From sequence record MN871451.1: 64,000 bases of DNA; one strand, written 5' to 3'. This document shows positions 46,097-54,030 of this stretch, piece by piece. The translations under genes were made by a program, and so were the position numbers. The notes under the pieces are model-generated. The model was not told the origin of the DNA. It saw nothing but the letters and a program-made list of their open reading frames with translations, and searched no databases. Position 1 is the stretch's first letter; each line of letters begins with the position of its first letter.

Positions 46097-46597
46097 ATGT
46101 CCACTGAATTTCGTTCTGCTGCGGTTTTAAAAACCTTTGTTTCTTCTGAAGTCGCTTTCAATGCGATTATGTCCCATGTTAAAGGACAAAAAGAAGCCGT
46201 AGAGAAAATGAAAAACAACGTTGTTCATTTAGTCAAAGAACACGTCAATCTTGTCCTTTCGCTTCTTGAGAAATGTAACAAGACGGGGGAGATCCCTGAG
46301 GAGTTCCATATTCATAATTCAGGCAATAATAACTACCGCTTCCAGTTGGACTATGAAAGAGACAACGTCAGCGTCATGGCGTGTGTCGATGCTGACTGTG
46401 ACCTTGTCATGAAGCTCACACTTGACTCGACCGCCACTAAAGAAATCACTGGCGGTATTTGTCCTTGTGTGAGGGGAGACATCGATATTGAGAAAGTGAT
46501 GGCAGATGCCTTAGACGAATTGTACCCTGCGGAAAGCAAAGTGATGGTCTCCATCGAGGGTTCTTTCTTCCGCTTTGAGAACAGCTATGGCAGTTAA
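46097..46597 (+). CDS. Hypothetical protein
   Basis: GGAGA SD; first gene after the promoter. Confidence 0.75.
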   Translation: MSTEFRSAAVLKTFVSSEVAFNAIMSHVKGQKEAVEKMKNNVVHLVKEHVNLVLSLLEKCNKTGEIPEEFHIHNSGNNNYRFQLDYERDNVSVMACVDADCDLVMKLTLDSTATKEITGGICPCVRGDIDIEKVMADALDELYPAESKVMVSIEGSFFRFENSYGS

Positions 46598-46928
46598 AGA
46601 ATATCGTATCCCCACGTTAGAGGAATCTGCTCCTCTTAGCAATTGGTTAGAAGCGGTCATTGAGGGGCGGTCTCTGGCCGCCCCTAACACCCATCCTGTT
46701 CAAATTTGTATCGAGAGTTTGGTCGGGAAAAACGCCGTTGCTATTCTGGGATGGAGTCGAATAACCAAAAGAGACTTTGTTACTTTACTTTCTACCCTCT
46801 CTCACCTGCGTTTCGTCGGAGAGACTGGGATTCGAGTACGCACCTTTGGGGTTTCTGCTCAGCGCTATAAAATCAACAACGTTAAATCGATTAATGTTCC
46901 CTTAGTTAAGGTAAGAAAACATGCCTAA
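46587..46928 (+). CDS. Hypothetical protein
   Basis: Packed run. Confidence 0.65.
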   Translation: MAVKEYRIPTLEESAPLSNWLEAVIEGRSLAAPNTHPVQICIESLVGKNAVAILGWSRITKRDFVTLLSTLSHLRFVGETGIRVRTFGVSAQRYKINNVKSINVPLVKVRKHA

Positions 46929-47181
46929 GTTTAGTATCGTAGGTAATAAAGTCATTGTTGATGATAATGATAAGAATTATATCTTCTTTCTTCGTGATGT
47001 CAGAAATGTTCGCAAGGAAGAAGAGTGCCGTAAATTAAAAGGGATACTTGGCGATGTCCCTTTTATCAAGTTAACGATTGAGTTCTACGGAACGCAGAAA
47101 CCGATTGTTATCAGCCGAGGAAAAATCATCGCCGACCAGGTCGGTTTACTTTACATGGCACTCAGAGAGAAACTCGCATGA
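46921..47181 (+). CDS. Hypothetical protein
   Basis: Packed run. Confidence 0.65.
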   Translation: MPKFSIVGNKVIVDDNDKNYIFFLRDVRNVRKEEECRKLKGILGDVPFIKLTIEFYGTQKPIVISRGKIIADQVGLLYMALREKLA

Positions 47182-47444
47182 AAAAATTGATATATGTTCT
47201 TCTTGGTCTGGTTATTCTAATGTTGTTGGCAACGCCTTATTTTCTTTCTAAAAAGAAAGAATACGATTTAGAGCAGTGTAAACTAACGAAACGGCTTTAT
47301 TCACAAGTGGAAGTCATTTATAGCGATGGCTGCTACATCAATTTCGGTAACGGCGTTTTTATCTCATCTACGGGTTTTGATAACCAACTCTACACCCGTG
47401 AACAGATCCTCAAGAAAAGCGACAACGCCATCATTATCCAATAA
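47178..47444 (+). CDS. Membrane-anchored small protein
   Basis: N-terminal TM; ATGA overlap. Confidence 0.7.
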   Translation: MKKLIYVLLGLVILMLLATPYFLSKKKEYDLEQCKLTKRLYSQVEVIYSDGCYINFGNGVFISSTGFDNQLYTREQILKKSDNAIIIQ

Positions 47445-47458
47445 CAGAGAACCAAACA

Positions 47459-47647
47459 ATGAAAGAATCACTACGTAAGAAAATCGATAACCTGGTCACC
47501 TACGATCTGTCTACCTGCATGACCACGGTAAAAAGCGCAAAGCGTCGAGTCGCAAGAAAGTACCGTATTCCTGCACGACAGGCAGCGAAAGTTGTCAAAG
47601 AGCTGGACGGCCTGGCTACTTGGTGGAATCCCACTTTAGATATTTAA
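47459..47647 (+). CDS. Small basic protein
   Basis: 62 aa; K/R-rich middle. Confidence 0.6.
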   Translation: MKESLRKKIDNLVTYDLSTCMTTVKSAKRRVARKYRIPARQAAKVVKELDGLATWWNPTLDI

Positions 47648-47680
47648 TTATTTTTTCTTAAAACGCAAAAGGTAAACAAA

Positions 47681-48055
47681 ATGAACACGCTGAAAAACGT
47701 CGATGAAAAATTATTCTCTGCTTTTAAACAATCAGATTACGTTATTGGGTTTCTTGTTGGGAATATCTCGGCGACGCTGCAGAACCCAAAAGCATCTCCG
47801 AAATTACATAGTGCTCTTACAGTTGCTGCTGTGCGCGATTTATCTAAAATCGAAGCTTTCGCTTACGTTTACAAGGAAGAGATTTTGGCGCGAGCCAAAG
47901 CTTATTCAACTTCATTAACGAAAATAGAGTATGAAACGCTCGACGAACTTTACCACGCGCTTGAAAAAGAGTTGAAAGGGGAAGATTTTAGTAATTCAAT
48001 CTCAAAAATGTTCTCTGGCTTAGAGAAAGTCAGTCTGAAAAACTTAGTTAATTAA
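47681..48055 (+). CDS. Hypothetical protein
   Basis: AAGGT SD. Confidence 0.7.
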   Translation: MNTLKNVDEKLFSAFKQSDYVIGFLVGNISATLQNPKASPKLHSALTVAAVRDLSKIEAFAYVYKEEILARAKAYSTSLTKIEYETLDELYHALEKELKGEDFSNSISKMFSGLEKVSLKNLVN

Positions 48056-48058
48056 CCG

Positions 48059-48664
48059 GTGAGCGAAATGGAAAACAGCATCGCAGAAAAGGTCATCGCG
48101 TTAGAGATCGAATACGGCAAATGGGCAAGAGAAAATCTTTTACGTCAAGATAATTCGATTATTGCCTTTGTCTATTCGGTTAAGATGGGCCGTAAAATCT
48201 ACGAATATGACCACAGTGAAAATATGAACGGGGTTCAGGTCGACTTCCGCCCGACCACGCAGGAAGAGATGTACAACTGCATCCGCGACTGGACGCATCT
48301 TAACCCGAAAGATGCATATTGGTTCATCCCTGTGAACATGTGGTGGACGGTTGTTAGCCCCCGTACTAAAGAGCACCCGCTACTCGTACCGACTGACAAA
48401 CTTTTGGTTGGTCACGGTGCGATGGGGTTGGTCTTTACCGAGGGACGGAAGGTCTGTAAATCCTACGGTCATGACGTCAAGACGCTTAAATTGACAAAAC
48501 AAACGTTCACTGCACGTTTAGCAAACAAAGCGGTTTACGACGTTCACGTGCAGGCCAATAACCCCTTCCGGCCGCAATCGCTACGAGAGGCGCTTTTCTC
48601 TGTCTTTTGCAGTAACGTTGAGAAAGGGATGGAATTGTTTTATAAGGGGATTACGGGTGAATGA
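48059..48664 (+). CDS. Hypothetical protein
   Basis: Packed run; start 48059 (GTG) or 48068 (ATG). Confidence 0.7.
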   Translation: MSEMENSIAEKVIALEIEYGKWARENLLRQDNSIIAFVYSVKMGRKIYEYDHSENMNGVQVDFRPTTQEEMYNCIRDWTHLNPKDAYWFIPVNMWWTVVSPRTKEHPLLVPTDKLLVGHGAMGLVFTEGRKVCKSYGHDVKTLKLTKQTFTARLANKAVYDVHVQANNPFRPQSLREALFSVFCSNVEKGMELFYKGITGE

Positions 48665-48920
48665 AGACCTAGAGAAACTCAAGGCGAATATTCCGCGTGT
48701 CATTGAGATCTTGACGAATAAGAACATTACGCCGATTGATCAAAGTACCCTGATCATTTTCATGACGCTAGAGGCGCTGGGTAAGAACCACTTACTCAAA
48801 CCCTATAACGAGGCCGTCTCTGAGCATTTAGAGGAGCTGAACAGTAAAGGTACGTTAGACTATCAAATCGTCTTTAACGGAAACGGGAACCTGGGAACAC
48901 GCGAGTCTGAGGAGAGCTAA
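48657..48920 (+). CDS. Hypothetical protein
   Basis: GTG after AAGGGG; overlaps the previous stop. Confidence 0.6.
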   Translation: MNEDLEKLKANIPRVIEILTNKNITPIDQSTLIIFMTLEALGKNHLLKPYNEAVSEHLEELNSKGTLDYQIVFNGNGNLGTRESEES

Positions 48921-49895
48921 ATGAAAATACTGGAGACAGTGGAGAAAACGCTCTTACCCCGTTTACGGGCATGGGACGCGAAGGATTTCTTCAATCGTAT
49001 CCTCACGGAAAAGAAAGGGGAGGTTCCACCGTATTTCTACCCTATCGAAATATGGGGAGAGAATCGTAACTGGAACAATAAGATCGATTTAACTAACCCG
49101 TATTATCGTGAAATCTTTTGGCATATGAGCATGGCGTATTGCTGGCAAATTACTAAACCTGAATATCAGATCCCTACTGAATTATTACCCGATGTATTGG
49201 ACTCTGAATTCAACGGTAAATTGCCGCTCAGTGTTTTGAAAACTATCCCTCATTGGACCGGGTACGTCGACCTTTCAGCGTGCCCTATCAAACACCCTCT
49301 CCCGGAGGAACCGACTATCGAAGGGATTTTCCTTTCTACGGTTACACACTGGAGCGGGAAAGAGGGTCTAACGATCGTTTACCCGTATAATGATAACGGC
49401 TTCCCGCAAACGTTATTCTTCCCGTTTGATGAAGGTTTGACACTGGAGGAGGTCATTGCTTCTGACCCTACTATTGTACGGGCTGCAAAAGAATACAATA
49501 TCGATACGGTTAAAGCTGTCGATATTCTAATGCGTGACGGGTACCGTGAAACGTACACTAAGCTACTCAACGTGGCATTGTTTGTTGCGCAGGAATACGA
49601 GTTGCAAGACCGCGCTGACTTCCGTAATACCTTTCGACTTACCCAGATGAAACGGTCGGGTAAACACTATAGCCTACGGTTCCTGAACGCACACCGTAAG
49701 TTTCCGGTAGGGGTCGATTACCTCGAAGAAATCGAGAAGCGAAAGAAAGGACAGAAGACGACCGGGCGAGCAGCGCATATCAGACGGGCACACTGGCACG
49801 GCTATTGGACCGGTGCTCGTAATAGCCCTAATCGCCAACTGAAAATAAAGTGGATTCGTACTAGCGTAGTTTCCGGGAGCAGTAAGGAAGACTGA
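48921..49895 (+). CDS. Hypothetical protein with a C-terminal H.RR.HWH..W.G motif
   Basis: GAGGAG SD; RAAHIRRAHWHGYWTG...LKIKWI is a recurrent phage motif of unknown function. Confidence 0.8.
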   Translation: MKILETVEKTLLPRLRAWDAKDFFNRILTEKKGEVPPYFYPIEIWGENRNWNNKIDLTNPYYREIFWHMSMAYCWQITKPEYQIPTELLPDVLDSEFNGKLPLSVLKTIPHWTGYVDLSACPIKHPLPEEPTIEGIFLSTVTHWSGKEGLTIVYPYNDNGFPQTLFFPFDEGLTLEEVIASDPTIVRAAKEYNIDTVKAVDILMRDGYRETYTKLLNVALFVAQEYELQDRADFRNTFRLTQMKRSGKHYSLRFLNAHRKFPVGVDYLEEIEKRKKGQKTTGRAAHIRRAHWHGYWTGARNSPNRQLKIKWIRTSVVSGSSKED

Positions 49896-49923
49896 TGTAT
49901 AAAATTCAGAAAGAGGTGAAAAT

Positions 49924-50223
49924 ATGACAAAAGAAAAACAGGAAGAAATGGAAATCCATCAACTTTGGATGAAAGGATACGATCAACTTTTTACCGCGAG
50001 ACACCACGGGACTGACTTACCTCATTACTTTATTCAGTTCCGAGAAAACGGTTTAGACGACGAGACCATTGCCGCCGCTTTTTCTGTTCCGGTAGATGAT
50101 GTCGATCATGATATTAAAATTTATACCGAGGCCACCGAGATTATGAAAAAATCTGATAAGTTAGCGGAGGCTTGGATCTCTAAAAACGGACATAGCCCGC
50201 TATTAGAAGGGTACGATGAGTAG
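49924..50223 (+). CDS. Small HTH-like protein (paralog pair B, copy 1)
   Basis: GAGGT SD; ENGLDDETIAAAFSVPVDDVDHDI. Confidence 0.65.
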   Translation: MTKEKQEEMEIHQLWMKGYDQLFTARHHGTDLPHYFIQFRENGLDDETIAAAFSVPVDDVDHDIKIYTEATEIMKKSDKLAEAWISKNGHSPLLEGYDE

Positions 50224-50255
50224 TTTGACCCGCCACAGTAAAAAGGTACCTAAGG

Positions 50256-50489
50256 ATGCAACGTGACAAATATCTGGCTTACCTGGCCGAGTTTGACGAA
50301 CTGATGTCACAACTCGAAAATCCGCAGATCGCCCGAACGATGGAGAACGCTGCCAATCATGGTATGCGAGTAGAAGAGATCGCTTTCTTTTACAACATCC
50401 CGGTGGCCTCGGTCGAAAAAGACATTGCGACCCTGAATAAAGTCAGGAATCTAACCACGATGATTACTGGAGATTTAAACGAATGCTAA
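50256..50489 (+). CDS. Small HTH-like protein (paralog pair B, copy 2)
   Basis: NHGMRVEEIAFFYNIPVASVEKDI. Confidence 0.65.
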   Translation: MQRDKYLAYLAEFDELMSQLENPQIARTMENAANHGMRVEEIAFFYNIPVASVEKDIATLNKVRNLTTMITGDLNEC

Positions 50490-50809
50490 AGAAAATCAAA
50501 GACATTTTGTTTGGTGAGTTACGTTACAGCGAACAGTTTGTACGTTTAGTGGTGGTTCAGAGTAACAAAGGCCCTTTGCATCTCTATCTGAAACAACCCG
50601 TCACGTCTCGAAAACGCTTCTCTAAGAAGCGGAAAAACGGTAACCGTTTCTGGGAGCTACAAAATACCATCGCTAATCCCTTTTTCGGGAGAAGTCAACA
50701 AGAAACTCCTGCAAGTGCTCTGAACGAGATCTTAAAAGAAATAGGGTTACCCTTCCTGGTTAACTGGCATCGCAACGAAGGAACTTTTTCGATTACCTTT
50801 ACCGATTGA
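50483..50809 (+). CDS. Hypothetical basic protein
   Basis: GGAGA SD; packed run. Confidence 0.65.
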   Translation: MLKKIKDILFGELRYSEQFVRLVVVQSNKGPLHLYLKQPVTSRKRFSKKRKNGNRFWELQNTIANPFFGRSQQETPASALNEILKEIGLPFLVNWHRNEGTFSITFTD

Positions 50810-50820
50810 CAGGTATTAAC

Positions 50821-51156
50821 ATGAAACTTGATTTGGATAATTTGCGTTTTCTTTCTGTCCCTAAAAATGTAGGTAATTCCAGACAAACCAGTCGGGCAGG
50901 GTGTCTTTACAAAAGCGGCTATTTTCGCTTTACGTCCGCAGTAGACGAATTAGAAGATGGTCATTTCCTGGACATCGCGTTTGACCCGGGGAAGCATCGG
51001 TTCTCTTTCCGTTTGAACGGGGACGATGTTGAAATTATCCGGCGTGGGTTTTGGGTCGGTACTAAGGTCTACCAAGAGTTCGCTAAACGCAATAAAACTG
51101 TCGCGTTTAAATTCCCCGAGAAACCAGACGAAAACGGATGGTTCCATTCTTTGTAA
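50821..51156 (+). CDS. Hypothetical protein, paralog family A (distant copy 3)
   Basis: FLSVPK..., LDIAFDPGKHRFSFR, ENGWF. Confidence 0.65.
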   Translation: MKLDLDNLRFLSVPKNVGNSRQTSRAGCLYKSGYFRFTSAVDELEDGHFLDIAFDPGKHRFSFRLNGDDVEIIRRGFWVGTKVYQEFAKRNKTVAFKFPEKPDENGWFHSL

Positions 51157-51186
51157 ACGTTAAAACGTTAAAAGGTTAAAGACGTC

Positions 51187-51660
51187 ATGGCTAAGAAAGT
51201 TGATTTCGAATTGATAGCGCAGACACTAGAGAAAACGTTGATTTCTGAGACCTCGGAAATGGCGAAACGAATTGATTGGCGACGTGGTACCATTCTCCGC
51301 GAATGTCGGACAATCGGGTTTAAAATACCGCGTCAAACCGGTAAGACGAAATGGGTACTCGATCGAGTGAAGAAAAACCCTAAGTACTCGATGGTCTTTC
51401 TCCCGACAGAAACGCTTCTGGATGACTTTGAGGCGCGTCTCTACGGTGACGCTAATCCACCGACGGAAAAGGTCAGGGCTATTGCTGGGAAACCGTATGA
51501 GCGCGGTTACACTCAGTTTTACCGCGAAGCGCCGATTACGCACGTCTACATTGACGAAGCGTATTTCTACTTTACGCGCGTTCGCAAAGAAAAGTTCTAC
51601 GACGCGTTACTGACCAACTTTACATTGTCAGAAGATGTGATCATCTATTTCGTTAATTGA
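51187..51660 (+). CDS. Small P-loop NTPase-like protein
   Basis: IGFKIPRQTGKT (terminase/SF2-type Walker A) and HVYIDEA (Walker B) in 157 aa. Confidence 0.7.
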   Translation: MAKKVDFELIAQTLEKTLISETSEMAKRIDWRRGTILRECRTIGFKIPRQTGKTKWVLDRVKKNPKYSMVFLPTETLLDDFEARLYGDANPPTEKVRAIAGKPYERGYTQFYREAPITHVYIDEAYFYFTRVRKEKFYDALLTNFTLSEDVIIYFVN

Positions 51661-51669
51661 CATTGAAGA

Positions 51670-51700
51670 GAGAGGGGTTCGTCCCCTCTCATTATTTTTT
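51670..51700 (+). terminator. Intrinsic terminator
   Basis: GAGAGGGG-ttcgt-CCCCTCTC followed by ATTATTTTTT. Confidence 0.7.
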
Positions 51701-51755
51701 AGGCGCGTGACGTATCTGTGAACAGAATCCTCTAACGCCTCTGGAGAACGCCACC

Positions 51756-52088
51756 GTGAAAGAACGGGTAAAGAATACACTCTCTGCGCGCGTTCAGGGA
51801 CATGCTCTTCATCACACCATGTTCCGTGATGCCGTAGATCCAAAGACATCCACTATCAATTTCGATATCCTTGCAGACATTTTTAAGAAACACTTTCCGT
51901 TATTAAAAGTAAAAGCAAAGAATATCGAAATCACTGTACTTAATCGTATTCTGGATGAGAATGGGAAAACGATTGATCATGAGATCGAACGACTGGAAGC
52001 AATCCGTGTTTCTAAACACGCTAAAGGTCGGATGGTGACAAAGAAGAAAGTGCGCAGTAAACCGATTAAAATTAAACGCCGTCGTTAA
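51756..52088 (+). CDS. Hypothetical protein with a basic C-terminal tail
   Basis: Ends KKKVRSKPIKIKRRR; start uncertain. Confidence 0.6.
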   Translation: MKERVKNTLSARVQGHALHHTMFRDAVDPKTSTINFDILADIFKKHFPLLKVKAKNIEITVLNRILDENGKTIDHEIERLEAIRVSKHAKGRMVTKKKVRSKPIKIKRRR

Positions 52089-52115
52089 TCATTTTTATAA
52101 AAGAAGGAAAGTAAA

Positions 52116-52736
52116 ATGGAAAGTAAAAAAATTGAAGGTGTAGAAAGTGCTATCACTGCTGAAACTCACGCGGAGAGCCGTGAAGTTCTCGGTCGCGGTC
52201 AGACGCGATTCACTACTCCGGTAGATGATCCTGCCTTTATTCCCGAAGAAAAAATGCAGTTAATAACAGCAGAAACCCCGATAGAAAAAAGTCGTCTTAT
52301 TTACTTAGACGAGCCAGCTTTTATCCCCGATGTGCGTAAAGCTCAAAATCATTCGCAGTCTGGAGACACTATCGAAATAGACAGTATGTCTCAGCTCAGT
52401 GATGAGAAACCGGCGATCGAACATCCCGTTGTCAGCGTCGTTGTTAACCAAGAAGAAAAGAGTGTTACTGCGAGCTACGGCGGGAAAACGCTGATCGAAC
52501 GTAACCCCGGTGACTGGTTTGTTCCGGGTAGTTTCCAGGTGATTCAGTCAGCGTTGCGGTTGGCGTGGAAAACCAAATTCAAAGAAGCGTTACCGGCTGA
52601 ATTCCAAACCAGTTTCTCTTTCAACGGGGGTTTCAGTATGGGCGGAAAACGCAATCTCTTTACTGCGCCACCGGCACGTCCGAAACGGGTCTCTAAACAC
52701 GCTTCTGGGCAATCCAAAAAGAAAAAGCGTAAATAG
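52116..52736 (+). CDS. Hypothetical protein with a basic C-terminal tail
   Basis: GAAGGA SD; ends QSKKKKRK. Confidence 0.75.
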   Translation: MESKKIEGVESAITAETHAESREVLGRGQTRFTTPVDDPAFIPEEKMQLITAETPIEKSRLIYLDEPAFIPDVRKAQNHSQSGDTIEIDSMSQLSDEKPAIEHPVVSVVVNQEEKSVTASYGGKTLIERNPGDWFVPGSFQVIQSALRLAWKTKFKEALPAEFQTSFSFNGGFSMGGKRNLFTAPPARPKRVSKHASGQSKKKKRK

Positions 52737-52741
52737 TATTG

Positions 52742-52767
52742 TCTCCTGAGGCGAAAGCCTCAGGAGA
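52742..52767 (+). terminator. Hairpin (GNRA loop), terminator-like
   Basis: TCTCCTGAGGC-gaaa-GCCTCAGGAGA; no immediate U-tract. Confidence 0.5.
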
Positions 52768-52799
52768 GCTTCTATGTACTTTTAATAAGGAGATATGGT

Positions 52800-53105
52800 A
52801 TGCAGTTAGAACATCGTTTTGAGCTATTTGAAATCAAGTCGTTTGGTTTCTTCCCAGAAAACAGCCAGATGACCGTGAAGGATTATCTGCGTGCTGTATT
52901 CGGCGCAGGTGAGTATAACACCTCTGCGTGGTTTAATGACTTCTACGCAGCTGATCGAAAAGGACTGATCCTGCACGTCAAACATCGCCATGAAAACGGA
53001 ATGCTTTACGATTATTATTTCATCGGGGATTCGGTTGGAACCTGTATGGAAATGTTAGCGAACCGTTTTCCGTTTACTAACGAAGTTATCGATTACGAGG
53101 ATTAA
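52800..53105 (+). CDS. Hypothetical protein
   Basis: TAAGGAG SD. Confidence 0.7.
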   Translation: MQLEHRFELFEIKSFGFFPENSQMTVKDYLRAVFGAGEYNTSAWFNDFYAADRKGLILHVKHRHENGMLYDYYFIGDSVGTCMEMLANRFPFTNEVIDYED

Positions 53106-53107
53106 AA

Positions 53108-53476
53108 ATGGCCAGAACAATGATCTTAGAAGAAATGGATTTTGTGGATTTTCAGCCTATGCGCGATGCCGACGCCACTTTCTATATTCGTGACGGTAAA
53201 CGTTTTTATTACGTAGGTGACACGAAGATCGTCGTTACCAGTGAAACCGAAGCAGAATGTAAAAAATCAACCGGCGATTCGGTGTTTGATTTTGATACGG
53301 TTTTCACTGCCGTTGTGTGGGAAGGGAAAGACATCAAAGCAGAAGGGAAAATTGTTCAGCTGATGCAAGAAGAACGTTATTTTTGTATTGTTTTTGTACC
53401 GTACGATAGAGAGAATCACGCTGTCACGGTACTGAAAGTGGGTGACCTGACACCGGAGCTGCCGCATGAAAACTGA
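53108..53476 (+). CDS. Hypothetical protein
   Basis: GAGGA SD. Confidence 0.7.
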   Translation: MARTMILEEMDFVDFQPMRDADATFYIRDGKRFYYVGDTKIVVTSETEAECKKSTGDSVFDFDTVFTAVVWEGKDIKAEGKIVQLMQEERYFCIVFVPYDRENHAVTVLKVGDLTPELPHEN

Positions 53477-53978
53477 GTTTAAAAGTGATACTCCCAACGA
53501 GACGGGTTCTGTTGAGGGTCTCCTTCCGCTCCCGTTTGACAAAATGCTGAAAACATTTAGTGCCCGCTATTGGGTGATTGTTGATAACGGCCAAGGACTG
53601 GAAATCTTAGGGGACAGCGCGACGTTTGTTATTCCGTCCAGGTGTTTAAACCTGGTTACCGACGAAATCAATGAAGCGGGTGAGGGTTACACGATCCAAT
53701 TACAAGGCGTCGATAACAACAGTGTCAGAAACTATAGGGTTTATTACGACAGTAAAGGACGAGCAGTAGAAGCACAAGAAAGTTTCCGTGACTTTATTCG
53801 CAATAAAAACGTTTATCTCGGCAATGAGTACCTGACCCGGTCAATGACCGAAAAACGGTTTAAGAATGTAGGGGCCACAGAAGAAAGTACTGAAGCGGTT
53901 GAGGTAGAGAAAAACATTATTCCAGAAGAGAAGAAACCGAGTCTTTTTAAACGTTTCTTCTCGCTGTTCCGAAAATAA
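53466..53978 (+). CDS. Hypothetical protein
   Basis: GGAG SD; packed run. Confidence 0.7.
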   Translation: MKTEFKSDTPNETGSVEGLLPLPFDKMLKTFSARYWVIVDNGQGLEILGDSATFVIPSRCLNLVTDEINEAGEGYTIQLQGVDNNSVRNYRVYYDSKGRAVEAQESFRDFIRNKNVYLGNEYLTRSMTEKRFKNVGATEESTEAVEVEKNIIPEEKKPSLFKRFFSLFRK

Positions 53979-54030
53979 ACCTCTTCTCATTTGTTTGAAT
54001 AGAACCTATTTCACTGTAAAGGATAAAAGA

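Noticed and set aside
51157-51186. Short tandem CGTTAAAA repeats before gene 51187
   Set aside because: Only two to three imperfect 8-mers; not enough for an iteron, operator array or CRISPR-like call.
54005-54020. CTATTTCAC upstream of the 54031 gene and CTATAATTAC near 38979
   Set aside because: Near-matches to the early motif without the spaced TG; possible weak or middle promoters but not supportable.
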